From Halocafeteria seosinensis (taxonomy: Eukaryota), in assembly GCA_001687465.1 (NCBI GenBank), contig LVLI01000231.1:62001-126000 (forward strand): a stretch of DNA of 64,000 bases, in the 5' to 3' direction. The notes below the pieces were generated by a model. That model saw only the letters and a list, made by a program, of their open reading frames with translations. It made no database searches and was not told the DNA's origin. Numbering within the stretch: the first letter of the stretch is position 1; the number at the start of each line of letters is the position of its first letter. A program made the translations under genes and the position numbers. Shown piece after piece: positions 23,608 to 36,600 of the stretch.

Positions 23608-24918
23608 TTAAGACATGTCGACATCCCCTCCAGCAGTTTCTTCGGCGCCTTCGGCATGTTCTGTACCATCAGGTGCGGCGGCTCCGCCAGTGTCACCTCC
23701 TTGCTGTCGGAAGTTCTCTAGCTGCAGAAGGATCGACTAATGATCACCCCTCCATATGAAAACCATAGACACGATGATACTTACCAAGGGAGCAACTTCT
23801 TGCCCATCATACATTGTGAAATCCATGTCCTCGCCGACAACAGCAAGAGTCGTGTTATCTGCGTTTAGTGGCTTTTCAGCTTCGGTGCATGTTGACAAAG
23901 CCTTCAATGCGTTAAAAATCAGCTCATCTTTTGTCACTGTATGGATGGAACCATGGGGGATTAGACCGTACAAAACACTCTGTTCATGCCCAAGTAAGCA
24001 AGAGAACGTACTTGAAGGGAAAGATTCGAAGTTCTTTTCCAAGTAGGTCTTGGCTGTTTGAGACCGCGCACCCAATGCCATGGATTGCAGTTCCCAGAAG
24101 TTTCCTGATGGGCACGTCTGGTATAAATGCGCCCCATTCGCCTGCAGATGACACATACACAATCCTTGTAAAGCGTTTTACGAAAATGGACACACTAGAT
24201 TTCAAGCGACTCACATCCTTGGCGGCGATAAGCAAGCCAACTCCATATGGTCTGCGAACGTATGACTGGGTGCATCTCTGATGTCCTGCAATAGATAAAT
24301 TCGTAGACATTGATCACCAAGTCGCTTATATTACACTAGCCATTAAAGCCCTTACTGTCTGCTAAGTCAGCAACAAGCCTTCCAGGTTGAATATGGGAAT
24401 CATAAACGTATTTATGATTGAGGCAAGCTCCACGCATAACTCTGAAGTGGCAAAGACTGTACTCTTCAGGAGATCCAACATCGACAGTGAGGGCGACTTA
24501 CTTAGTCAGAGCACGTGCATCCGCTGTCAAACCAGAAATGACAATACCCATGTGATCATCTATACGGAAAACTTTCTTATAATAGGACGCCAATTCAGAT
24601 GGAGATCTGTCTCGAGTAGTGAAGTAGGTCAAAATGTGCCCCTGGACTATGTGAGCTGTAGACTCTTGACTTACCGCTTGAGAGCTGCCAATACGGTATA
24701 CTTGTCCGAGCAAATACCTACAGTTGCGCTACCTTGTTTCACCGCCTCCATAGCATACTCAACCTGTATAACAAGCAATATGGGGTTAATCATACCATCA
24801 TAAGAGGCTTTCGTTCTTGCCACCGGGCAGACTGTCCCGTTTTCCCTCTACATACCTGGAATAGACGCCCTTGGGGAGACCACGTGGTCACGTCTGTATC
24901 GTACATGTTCCTATTCAT
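23608..24918 (-). CDS. PSMA1: 20S proteasome subunit alpha type-1 (alpha6)
   Basis: [62 protein letters not shown]; multiple short introns. Confidence 0.95.
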
Positions 24919-26130
24919 CTTTGTTTCGCTCCAAAGGAGTATATATCAGGGTATAACCAATACGGCAAGGCTGAATGCCAGAAGAATATCGTGGGATTGT
25001 GTCTTGCTCAAAGCCACAATCGCGCGTACCAAATCGTAGAAACTACACTAAGGAGAATGAAGTTTCCTCTATGCTATCCACAATCCGTAAAACATCGACC
25101 AATTATGCCGATAATGAGCTCGAAAACAGACCCATCGCAAAGGATACTGCAGAAGATCAACTGAAAGGATTGTTTGCTCTATTACCTCAGTTGGCCCTTC
25201 TCCCCGAAAGCACCCCTAGCGAAATGTCCCCCTTCCTTTTGTAATTTTCAGGGGGAAGTGAGTAAGCTTTCGAGAATTGACAAGCGGCGAGGACAATGAG
25301 TTTCACGAGGACCTGGTGTTTTCTTACTCGTAAATGTAGCTATAAGCTATGTTTGCCTAGTTCTTTTTGCCTATTAGTTACTCATCACATTCTTGTGCCT
25401 AGAAGGGCGTACAGTACCCAGTTGCTAGAGCATGAAGAATCAAGAATTCATGAGGAATTCCACGGAAACGTAATGATGATCTATTGCCTCCTGTCTCGTT
25501 CACTGTGTTTGAGTAACCGGGTAAATGGTGATTTAGTTTCTCAGTTTTCTGCAGAAACTTGTATAGAATCTCTGCTCCTGGAATTTATCACATTGAGTAC
25601 TTCCACTTGTCATGTGTCTTGGGGGCTAACCCCCCTGATACCTATGAATTTTGACGATATTGACCGCCGAAGTTCCTACGTTTTGCTGGAAAAAGCTGAC
25701 AATTTATTCACGCTTACCACTCTTAACTCATTCCGAGCGAATGCGGTTTACGCAGCTGTGAATACGTTGAAGTTGCTTTCCGCAACTTGGACGGATTTTC
25801 TTTCGCCAGTTGATACCATTTATACAGTGTACACGACACGCAGTTAGCTTGCCAGTGTAGACGGTGGCAGTAGAATAGTAGTAGTTGCTCTAGAGCAACA
25901 CTTGTGTCTCTGTTCTTTGTGTCTGGTGGCTTGATGGTCTCGTTTTTTTCGGATCACTGCGAGCATTTGTTTTTTTGAGAAGATTTGGGGAGGGATTTCG
26001 ATCATAATAACCCCTACCAAGAGAGACATACATCGCCATACAAGCTGAATTACTTCCCGTGATAGGAGTGGCGTGGGCGTCGAAAATCAGACTTGGAGAT
26101 TGTTTTGTAGTGAGAACTCGTGTCTAGACC

Positions 26131-27520
26131 ATGGTGAGGATGCATGCGTCTCCGGCTACCTACATGCAAAATGGGGGCCCATCGGCAACAACATTAGACA
26201 GCAATGGCGACAGTAATCCGCATAGCAGTGCTACCATAACGGAGGAACCAGCGTCGGATGAAGAGCACCACCATGGCTTAGACAACGTCCGCGAGATGCA
26301 TGACCATGATGGAGCCTGCTGCTGTGACTGTAATGCCGATTCGGACGACGAAAGCCAGCATCTGGTGCGCCGAAGTCTCCCTTACTCGAAGCGAAAGGGT
26401 TGTGGAACCTCGGATAGTCACAGGATATGGTTTAATTGGGACTGTTGCGGGCTATTTTGCTGCATTTTTACTTGGTCTCTTATAACGTTTGGGACTACCA
26501 CCACATGGGTATGTTGGAAATGCTACGGATTTCACTTAAAGAAAATTTCGGGTTGAATTTTTGTTCTTTATGGCAGGTTTATGTACTAACACCTTGGGAA
26601 TTACCAACGTGGTTAAAAGCAAGCATCTATTCCTCCATGGTGCTCTTTGCCCTTTTGGCCATTGGTAGTCATCTTCGAGGTAACTATACATTTTCGCGAA
26701 ACACATGTGCCTTAGTGTGCTTTATTGTATGATCACACCCCTGATGTACAGCAATGCTTTCGAATCCTGGCGCTGTTCCATTTGATGCGAATCCTGTGCA
26801 TCCTCATTTGGCCCAGCGAAAATGCGTTCGCTGCAAGAATTTCAAACCCCCTCGAGCTCATCATTGCAGCATGTGCCAAAGGTGCATAATAAAAATGGGT
26901 ATGTCTTCACTTGCATATGTTCGATGAGGCTTGAGCATTGTATTGGTGTTCACGCTTTTCAGATCATCACTGTCCCTGGATAAATAACTGCGTGGGTCTG
27001 GCGAATCAGAAGTATTTTATCCTGTTTGTAATGTATACTGCCCTTCTGTGCGGACTTGTGAGCCTCGTTATGGTTACTAGAGCATACAACTGCATTGGTA
27101 GCAGTCCCGGTTGCGGAGTTCGCGGTGGAATAGGTAGGTCCCACGACTTCCACGTATCTCATCATTGTAAAAACCAACTCTTGATTGCTCACCCTTTTGA
27201 GTGCAGTTACTGGGTTCATACTGATAACGTTCATTTTTTCCATTCTCTTTGGATTGTTCACGACGTGCATGTTCTTTGACCAGCTTCATGTCATTAGCAC
27301 AAATACAGCGGGCATTGACAGAATGAAGGGTCACGAAAATGAAGATGTCAGTATCAGGCAAAGCTTGAGTGAAGTCTTTGGAGGAGAGCCCACAGATGGA
27401 TTCCGTTTTTCGTGGCTATTACCGACTCCCTTCTATTACCCAGATAGAGAGGTTCTAACAGGGTTTACGTTCAAGAAGGTACAGGGGCCGAAGAGTTGGG
27501 CACAATTGGAGATGGTATAG
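26131..27520 (+). CDS. DHHC palmitoyltransferase (ZDHHC3/7-like)
   Basis: [43 protein letters not shown] and four TM segments; several introns. Confidence 0.93.
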
Positions 27521-27522
27521 CT

Positions 27523-28454
27523 TCAAGGCTTTCCACGTCTCTGCCGATTCGAGTATCCATGCTTCTCTAGCATTTCCCGTGCAACGTTGTTAATGTATCG
27601 GAATCTCGCTGGCCCTAATAGAGTCCCGCCAAACCATCTAGATACCACCACTATAGCGTCTCGTGCATCTATCATTTCTAAGAGAGCAGCTAGTCGTTGA
27701 CCTGCCCCAGATTCGCCGTCATCGTCGTTATCGCTGACCCAGCATTGTTTTTCTTGATCGAAGAAGCGATAGGCATTGATGTTATGCGTGGCCTTCTGTA
27801 TTTTCTTGCTATTAAGAAGTTGTCGCATTACAGCCTCAACTTCTTCCTTCGACTTCACCGTAGCAACATGCGCCTGAAACGTACTCTTCTTCTCGGTAAC
27901 TGGGTCACCGTGGAACACGGTAACAGAAGAGCGATTTTCTTCCTCCTCTGCATTTTCTTCATCATAGTAGTAGTCAGATTCTGATGCATTGGCAATGTTG
28001 GATTCAGCTCCTGTATCGGCTTCGGTGGTACTGGATGACATTAGTTTCTCTTCACATATACTGAGACAATCAAACAGCGAGACTTCGCCTTCATGCTGCT
28101 CATGTACCACATGCTGCGTTATCGTCGTGAAAAGCACAATTAAATCCCCGGACGCTCACGGTAGAGGTGTTGACAGTGACTTACCATTTCGGTAGCCAAT
28201 GTTTCTGCCTGGTCTATCGATACACCACCTCCTTCGAATTCAAAGTCTGGAGCTTCATGAACTGGGTACAAGGGGGGCACTTTGGCTCGAATCACCGTGG
28301 AGTTGGGAATTTTGTAGAGCACCGTATAGCTTCCATCCTCTCTCCGTGGATGCACTTTGAGCTGGGAGGGCTCATACATACTCTGCAACACCTCAATTTC
28401 CTCTTCCTGTTTCTCCCTGCAAAGTTCTGGACCATCGTCATGCTCAGCACTCAT
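27523..28454 (-). CDS. IMPACT: IMPACT/Yih1 (RWD + UPF0029 domains)
   Basis: RWD QEEEIEVLQSMY..PPLYP..P; KKSTFQAH, ATHNINAYR, DDDGESGAG, VVVSRWFGGTLLGPARF; one intron. Confidence 0.93.
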
Positions 28455-28600
28455 TGTGCCCGTTTTCCTCTCAAGATATCATCTGACATTTTTTCTGCTT
28501 CTCGAACGCAACCAACAAACCGGGGCTTATTCCTAGCTCAGACAGTCTGTCAGACTCTCTGGAGAGGCCTTTATCGAACTTCACAAGTGGCTGAATAGAC

Positions 28601-29150
28601 TGTTGATCCATATCATCATTATGGTGTATTGACTACAACCTTGCTACGAGCCTAGGGTTCTTCTGTGTGTCCTACTTAGAACAAAATTCGGCTGCTGACC
28701 ACTCAATAGAAGTTGACCTGAGAATTAACACCGATGGCGTAGAAGACCACTAAACAACGCCACTTGGATATGCATCCCGGCGAGAACGCCTTCTATTGGA
28801 GTGGATCAAGCAGTCATGTAATCCCGGACATATGATTCCAGACCGGCGCTCGGTAAACCCTAAGCCTGTCGGTAGTGGTCTACATTCCGGGTGAGCAAGT
28901 GAATATTTATTGCTTCACACTCGCGGATTTGCTGTAGCTAGGAAGCACTAAACCTATACAAGAGTTGACTACAAATCTGCGAGGTTGAGGCCGTGGAAGT
29001 AGAACAAACAGATTGGGCGTTCTACGAAACAACAAAAATAAGACAAGGGGATTTGTCAGGTGGCGTCTTAAAACACTGTTCATCATCATAATCTAAGATT
29101 CGACTCAATCCCTTCTTGGTCGTAGTCGAAGGATTACCTTGGATCAAACA
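28601..29150 (+). ncRNA. Candidate ~550-nt structured RNA (element B) with a terminal closing helix
   Basis: The ends pair: TTGATCCA/TGGATCAA and TTGACTACAACC 28629-40/GGTCGTAGTCGA 29118-29. Bulged ~22-bp stem 28690-712/28790-815; 12-bp stem 28920-31/28972-83; several more hairpins. No ORF. Confidence 0.6.
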
Positions 29151-29267
29151 ATGGAAAACTTAGGTACCATGACGTATATAAGTCAACAAGCGACGATATA
29201 AACGTGTAGACCAAGATTTGTTTCTTGACTCAAGCGCAAAGAGACGATCCTGCAGCGCCAACAGCTA

Positions 29268-32200
29268 TTATTCACTTTTTCCTAGTACTATATTGTTTTC
29301 TACCTCATCTTTCAAGGTATTGACAAGCTCACGATGAGTGCCTTTCAAAGAGGTATTGACATGATCGGATTCCATCTTAAAACGGCACGTAAAGTGCGAG
29401 CCGTCGCTTCCCATTGCATATACGATCGCGTGCATGTCGGTGCACATAACCTCAGCACACTGAACAACTTGGCCGAAACTGTTGAGAAAGTCACGCATTG
29501 TAACCTCAGAAGGGTTCAACGAAATGTTAAAGTTAACATCATATAGCTCTCCTTTGGTGTTGGTGAGCATGTCCTTATACTCTGACTGCGTCAAGCTGAT
29601 GGGTTTCAGCAACTGTCCCACAAGTACTGTTAGTGAGGCTGTACTAGTTGTCGGTTCTTCTTGACCTTCCATCTGCAGCTCTACATTGATTTCACGTCGA
29701 ACTGTTGACACAAGCGACGAATCAATATCTACTGGAACCGCTACAGTTCTGCTAGTGGATGATCCTTTCTTCTTTTTCCTGCAGGTCATCAGTACAGACA
29801 AGTGAACGTAGGGACGCATAAGGAATGCGCGCTCGTGCCTAGTCATTAGCTTATTAGCTTACCTCAGATTCGTAGCAATTCGTACGGAGCCGGGAGTATC
29901 CCCGGAAGGCAACCCTGCTAAGCGAGCAAGTCTGTCGGGGAAGATGATGTCAATGTGTTTCACCTTAGTCTTAGACTTTCCCTCAGCAGCAAAATTTAGT
30001 GTTACAGATGGGGTCTTGTCGCTCTGAACCCCAGTAACAGATGTGACACGCACGTTGTCGTCTTCATACACCGTCAAAGGTAACGGAGTTGAAATTGGAT
30101 CAATGTTCTCTTTCCGAGTTGTGGAAGATTCCTCTGGTGCAGGGACATTCTCTTCTTCAGTCTCTTCCTCCTCTTTTTCAGGGGCTTCCTCCTTCTTCGA
30201 TTTGGATTTGCGCTTATCCTTGCTTTTCTCCTTCTCTTTCTTCGTTTTCTTTGTTTTTTTAGACTTTCCAGTTTTTTCTCCGTCTTTTCCTCTACGACGA
30301 CGCCGCCCTCCTGAAGCAGCTCCGGCCGCTGCCGACGCCGCAGGCTTCTTGGATAAGTCAACTTTCGCCAAAGGATCGCTCTCAGCTTCTTCACTATCTT
30401 GGGAGTCAGATAACTCAGCGCCTTCAGGAATGTCTTCTTCATCGTGCACACGATATTTCGGCATGGCAGGGCGTTCATCATCCTCGTCGCTTTCAGAATC
30501 ACTGCTATGGCTCTTTCGAGACTTTTTGTTCTTGGCTTTTCGAGAATCTAGTTCATCGAGCTGTAATTGCTGCAGAGGGATATCTGCCTCATCCTCATCG
30601 TGCCTAGAAGCGCTGGATTTTTTCCCTTTTGAGGAAGAAAGAAGGAACGGGTCATCATGTTTCTTGGAAGACTTTTTCTTACGTTTCGACGATTTCTTTC
30701 CACGATTCATCAAGTCCTCGAACAAACCTTCATCGTCCGAGCCGTAGAAGTTCAACGTATCGTCAACATTGTCTCCTTCCTTTTCATCGGCATAAATGCC
30801 ATAGCTCTCAGAAAAATTAATATGCTTGTATGAGAAGACCTCAGTATCTAGACTACTCTCCGCCTGTTTTTCCTCTTCAGCGTCAATCCACTTATCCAGG
30901 TCTAGGCCTTCTGGAAGAGGGACCTTCTTTTGGGCTTTTGGATGTACACGCCGCAATTTTTCCGCGAACAAGTCGTCGAGGTAGTCGCTAATTATTTCAA
31001 CCTCGGGTTCCTCAGGGTCTTCTTCTGTTTCTTCGTTACCCTCTACCAAAGCAAGCAATTCCGCTTCGCGTTTCGCCTTATCTTCGGCGTCTTGGTCTTT
31101 CGAAGGAAGTGGCTTAAAAGGTACATTCAGAGAGGCAAGAATTTGTTGAGTCCCAACAGCTCGCTCCTGCACCTCAACGTGAGTACTTTGAGCAAACGAA
31201 TGGAGTCGTTCAACTACAGTTCCCGAGAGTTTGATGAACTCCTTCCGATGATCATCACCATCACCTCGAGCATTGGATGCCATTTGTCGATACAGTTTTA
31301 AGACGCACTGAATGTAGGCTGACTGCACAGCAGCGGGAAGACGCGTTGAGGCGGGTTGAAGCAAAGAATCTATCATTGGTTGCAACATTTCACTATCCAT
31401 GCAGCTCGCGTATTCACCTACGACGAATGCTGCCGCAACCAAGATTCCGCCACTTGCCGTAGAGGTGGTGACGTTCGCCAAAGAAGGATCCTGAAGTAGC
31501 GGCGAAAACGTCTTGACAGCATATTCTCGGACTTCTTCCACTCGTACGCAAACATCAAGAATCTGTCCCGCGATGGTTTCCGCGTGCTTGTTTTCGGGGA
31601 TATAGGACAATTTTCGTAGAATAGACAGATACCAGGCAAAATCCTCCAAACATGCATAGGACTCATGACTGCACATATAAATTACTTTATTGATTAGTTC
31701 ATCCTTGTATACGCCTTCTGCTTCCTCAAGGTGTTCCATCAATTTATGGACGATTTCTTTAAGGTTCTTCTTCGTGACCATGCCAACCAACAAATCGAGT
31801 GCACGCAGCCGGATTGTGACATCCTCATCTCCGAGACAGTCGACAACCAGCTGGCGATGCTCTGAAACAACACGAGGATGGCTCTTCATTAGTTCCACAA
31901 GCCCAACAAGTCCTAGATATTTCAAGTTTTGGTCAGGGTTAGTTATAAACTCTCGTAGCGTATCCGCACATAGCCTTACAATGGCAGGAGCATTCTTGGC
32001 GTCACTACCGTCTGATCGCTTCGTATACTGCAGGGCTTTCGTCAACGTGAATACACACTCGTATGTTAGAGACTTGGCGCCGGTGTTTTCCACCAGGTGC
32101 GCCAGGGGCTCAAGAAGCTTTCTCGCCAGACGTGGCTCTTTAGATACCAACGAACCGAACAGTTTCGTCACCTTAATTAGCATCCAATTGTTTTGACTCG

Positions 32201-33247
32201 TCTTCAATATATTGAACAATTTCGGGGCCAAAGCAACGTAATTCTCGGGGCGCTTTCTGGCAAGTTCACAGATGACGTTAACAGCACAAGAAACTACTGA
32301 AGGATTCTCGTCCTCGAGTCGTCTGGTTAAGTCTTCAAACGAATTGTGCAGTCCTTCAGGATACTGCTTGTAAACTTTAAATAGAGATAGGGTTGATTTC
32401 TTGCGAATGAACGGCTTCGAGCTTGTCAGCATCTTAGTAAGATCCGGCAAAAGTTGTTGTCCTAAATCGCGGGTAACCATATTCGAGAAGGCATTTATGG
32501 CTAAGCCCACTTCAAATTGCGAAGGGGCCTGAAATTCCTTGCGCAGCAATTGCGTACAGAGTACCAACACATCAGTTTCTTTGTCAAAACTCTGAGAAGC
32601 TGCCAAAGCAGCAATTCGTTTGTAGGCGAACCGTTGCTGCGACATCACTTCAATGACGGTGAAAGCAGCCCAGCGGATATCATATCCCAGCATATTCAAC
32701 TGCAGGTTCGAAAGGATTAAAAGCTCCGAAGTTCATTAAATTTGCAGAAACAAGTGGAACAACGAATCTCGCTGCACTTACGTAGCTCAATTTCTGAAGG
32801 GCCTGGGATTTCACTTTCATGTCCCTCGTTTTCAACTCATCCTTGATTTCCGCAATGGCTTTAGCAATGTATTGCGGCTGATCCTTGCTCTTGGAGGAGC
32901 GGATCCCCTTGACGAGATCTGCAACCAGAGGAAAGCGAAGTCAGTCAAAAAAATATGTCAAGTCCACACTGTCCCTCCAGAACAAAAAACTTCTATTAAC
33001 TATCCGCCGATATTACACAATACGTCAATAATCTTCCCCATCACGGTGCGGAGCCCCGATGCGTTGTTCCAGGTTCTCCCCTTCCGTACGCATCCCTCCG
33101 GCACACAACGAGCTCCCACAAGTGTACTACTAGGCACAATCTAACGCAATGTGAGCACAGGGTAGACAGTTCCCCTGAAAAGGGAGCAATGAATGAATAA
33201 AGGGCAAAGTGGAATTCTGCCTCACCTTGTAAGGATTTCTCGAACAT
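29268..33247 (-). CDS. AP3D1: AP-3 complex subunit delta
   Basis: MFEKSLQ|DLVKGIRS start, NNWMLIK, EPRLARKL, DQNLKYLGL, VEVQERA, AQKKVPLPEGLDLDKWI; Lys/Glu-rich hinge and C-terminal exon. Confidence 0.96.
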
Positions 33248-33611
33248 TGGACGCTTTTTTCTCCTTCGACACTTGCCCTCAATCACTACAAGCAACCCAC
33301 GAAGAAACGTGGGAAATGATAGGCAGCTGTAATTCGCTGAAAGAATATCAACCCAGCACGTACGGCGGATACATGCAATTCAGACTACTGCTCTCGAAGA
33401 CCCTTTTTGTTCTCTACGGTGCTCCCCTGTAGGTTGTCCCTTCAAAACCTCAGCAGTGTGCGAAAAGTTTGTTTTATAGGTGAAAAGATTGTCGTGTTAC
33501 TATATGGGGTACCTTTGGAGGCAATATGGGTTTGTTAATTGATTATGATTATGCTTCGGCTAGATAGTGGTAGAGTTCTTGTTGTTAGTGTCCGACGGTT
33601 TCAATTGTACT

Positions 33612-36600
33612 ATGAGCGGCGGAACGAATGTTGTCCCTCTGACTCATGTTGTACACTCAGTCACAGACAAGTGCTATGAGGAATTGGTGGTCCTACAAAG
33701 AGAAATAGCTGTCTTGCAGTATCAGAACCAAAGCGAACAACAAGATGCAAGTGGGAATGGTGATACAGAACAGAGGTCAAAGCGAGAAACAGTAGCTCTC
33801 ACCAAACAGAAACTTCTCCAATGCTTGAAACAAACGAAGTTGAGGTTGCTGAAGATATCTGCGTTACTACATTGGTGGAGTCAAAACGGGGAATCGGTTG
33901 ACGCATTACTTCCTCGACTACATCGTCGAAAGGACACTTCAGTCAGGATATACCACACTCGGAAGGCTCTTCGAACACAGCTAAGAAGATTTCCGGAGCA
34001 TAGGCCCGTCAATAGTTCGTTTGCCAACGTGCTGAACGAACGTCGGCTGGCCACATATCTTCCAGAGGTGTACCAAGGAGCTCATGCGCTCTCATTAGAA
34101 CGTTTCCCGTTTGTACCCCGGTCTGTGGCCAACCCAGTGGCAAGAATTCAGCAGCATCTATTGGGCTCCGCAGAAGACGAAGAGACGACACGAACATGGG
34201 TCGATACCCCTCTTTCACAGCCTGAAACCACTCATCAATTGACGACACAACTTTCAAGGTGGATGCTTTTTTGTGAACAACCGCTGCAGAACTGGGCGAG
34301 GTACGATTTGTCGGAAGTTGGGAGAGTATCGGTGGAGGTTCCAGATCGGCTTCGAGTGTCGCTCTTACCCTCGTTCGATCCGGTGAACCCTACACGTTCA
34401 CCTTTTTGGAGGATATGTGAGGTTTCCTCAATTTCTGATGAAACTGAGTCAATATTATCGTTTACTCCCGATGAATTAAACCTCCTTCACCTTAGATTAC
34501 AGCAGCTTCTAGACGAAGAGTATGTCAAGCATTCTCAGGCGTCATCTTCACATACCCGCTGGAACTCCCTCCGGATTCTCGCCTATGGCATAGCGAAAAT
34601 GTGCATGCAAATACTCTTTGATAGATTTATTCTTCAAGCGTCCGTCGTCGCCCAAATAAGCTCTACTCACGTTTCTACACAGGTGAAACAATTTGAGTTT
34701 TCTGACCGCATACTCTCCCAACTCAGGCGACATGGTGTTATCGATAGCGACTTCATATCCCAATTTGTGCTAAATGGAGGTAAAATATACGTCCATCAAT
34801 GGCAGGACTGTCGTGCTGCATTGATCACCCTGGCGTTTAGCCCAAACCAGGATTTGGATGGGAAACATCCTGAGGGCGGATCCGGGAGTCGACAGACACT
34901 GCCGCCTCCGTTCTCGCGTCTTGACTCAATGTATCGAGGTAATGCAGTACATAAGGATCCAGCATCTAAGGAGCAGCAGAAGTTCCAGGAATCGTGTCTT
35001 CGTGGGTCGCTGGCTGGTGAGTTTTACGAATCGACTGTTTCCGAAGCCTCCCAGACTGGGAGCTCCTTCTCCAGCTTATTTAAGCCTCTGGCAATGGAGC
35101 ATTCCATGACTGAAATCAAACTTGATGGATCTAATCCCATCTCCTCTACACCTTTTTCCGAATCAATGCATGCGTTGGTCTACTGTGGTACAGAGGCGCG
35201 TAACCTTGACAAGTTCCCGCAGGTGGTGATCGATGTTTTCCCTTACAGGTGTGACAACGGAGTTGATATTATCAGAGGTACGTTGAGCCGAAAATAGAAA
35301 GATAATGATTGTGAATGCCAAGGTCGAATTTGTAAACACGAGAGTTTTGATATGTCAGGTATCGATAGCCTTGTGGGAAAAATGATGCGCATCCGTAGGG
35401 AAAAGTTCCTTAGACTCTTTCGAGTAATGAAGGGATTTTCATCCGATGCCTTGGAATTTGACTACGTTTTGAATGAAATACCGTCCTCATCTGTGACAGC
35501 TCGTTTTGACAACGAGTTCGTGCAGTCTTTTCCAGAGATTGGTATTCGACTTGACGCTGAAGTGGACTTCCGAACACTAGATATTGTAAACACCGTAGAA
35601 GAGTCACTTCAGTCGCGTAAACAGTCATTCCACAGCCTTTTAGCAGAACGGAAGAGGCAATATGCCTGTTCTTTATCTGGGGCGCTCTCTGATCTCCATG
35701 GCCAACTCTTGTCTCATACAGGCGCTCAAACGTACGCAAAGGGGAATGGAGCATCGGCTTATTTGGGGCGCCACAGTGCTAATTTATCGGGGCATAAAAA
35801 GAGACGTAGAGAATGGGAACATGATTTAGAGCGAATCGTGGGAAGTCAAATTACAGCGGAAGCGATGAGGAACAAGTTCTCGATCGTATCGTCGGCGTTG
35901 TATGGTCTGGATTCCGCTCACTCAGAAGCCGACTTTATTGCCTCGATCATAGGGGCCTGGATAGGGATATCCTTCAGCAGTTCTGACCTGAAGAATATCT
36001 TTAGTTACGGACATATTTGGAGCAATTTCGACGAGCATGCGACTGTATTGCACTTCTCAACGAGGTTCACAAGACTTCTTTCTATATTCGATGTTATATC
36101 GAATTGTTTAGCTGTGGACTCCATGATGTCGTCTTTGCAAAGAGAAGTCAACGACTACACCGTTCGAATTCGGAAACGGAGGCAATTGTACGACTATAAA
36201 GACCTACATTATAAGAATCGGCACGCATTGTCCACCATAAGGTCTGCCGTAGGCGTTGACTTGCAATCAGTTTTCACCTACCGAAGAGAGCAGACACCCG
36301 AAGGGGTTCCCTGCGAACATGCTCACGTCACATGTCTCTCAGCGTGTCGTGCTATGACCCACGCTGACGACGTGTCTGCACAACAGGAAATGAAGCTACT
36401 ATCATATGTTAGCACTGCTGCTGAAATTAGAGATGCCCCGGATAAAATAATTTGGTTTGAACCTAAAGAAATGGTTCGCCTTACGATGAAGCTTTATCGC
36501 CGTTATGAAGAGTTAAAAGATCGAGAGGATTTAATATCGCGGTTCATGAATCATGCGAAAAGTGTCAAGTATTGCTTTGATTTGGCTCTACAACATTCTT

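Noticed and set aside
28678..28697. RNase P CR-V-like word AGAACAAAATTCGGCT
   Set aside because: It lies near the 5' end rather than the 3' end, and no matching CR-I segment was found.
33046..33119. TPP riboswitch in the AP3D1 intron (GAACCTG)
   Set aside because: Lacks the CTGAGA and downstream TPP consensus; the host gene is unrelated to thiamine.
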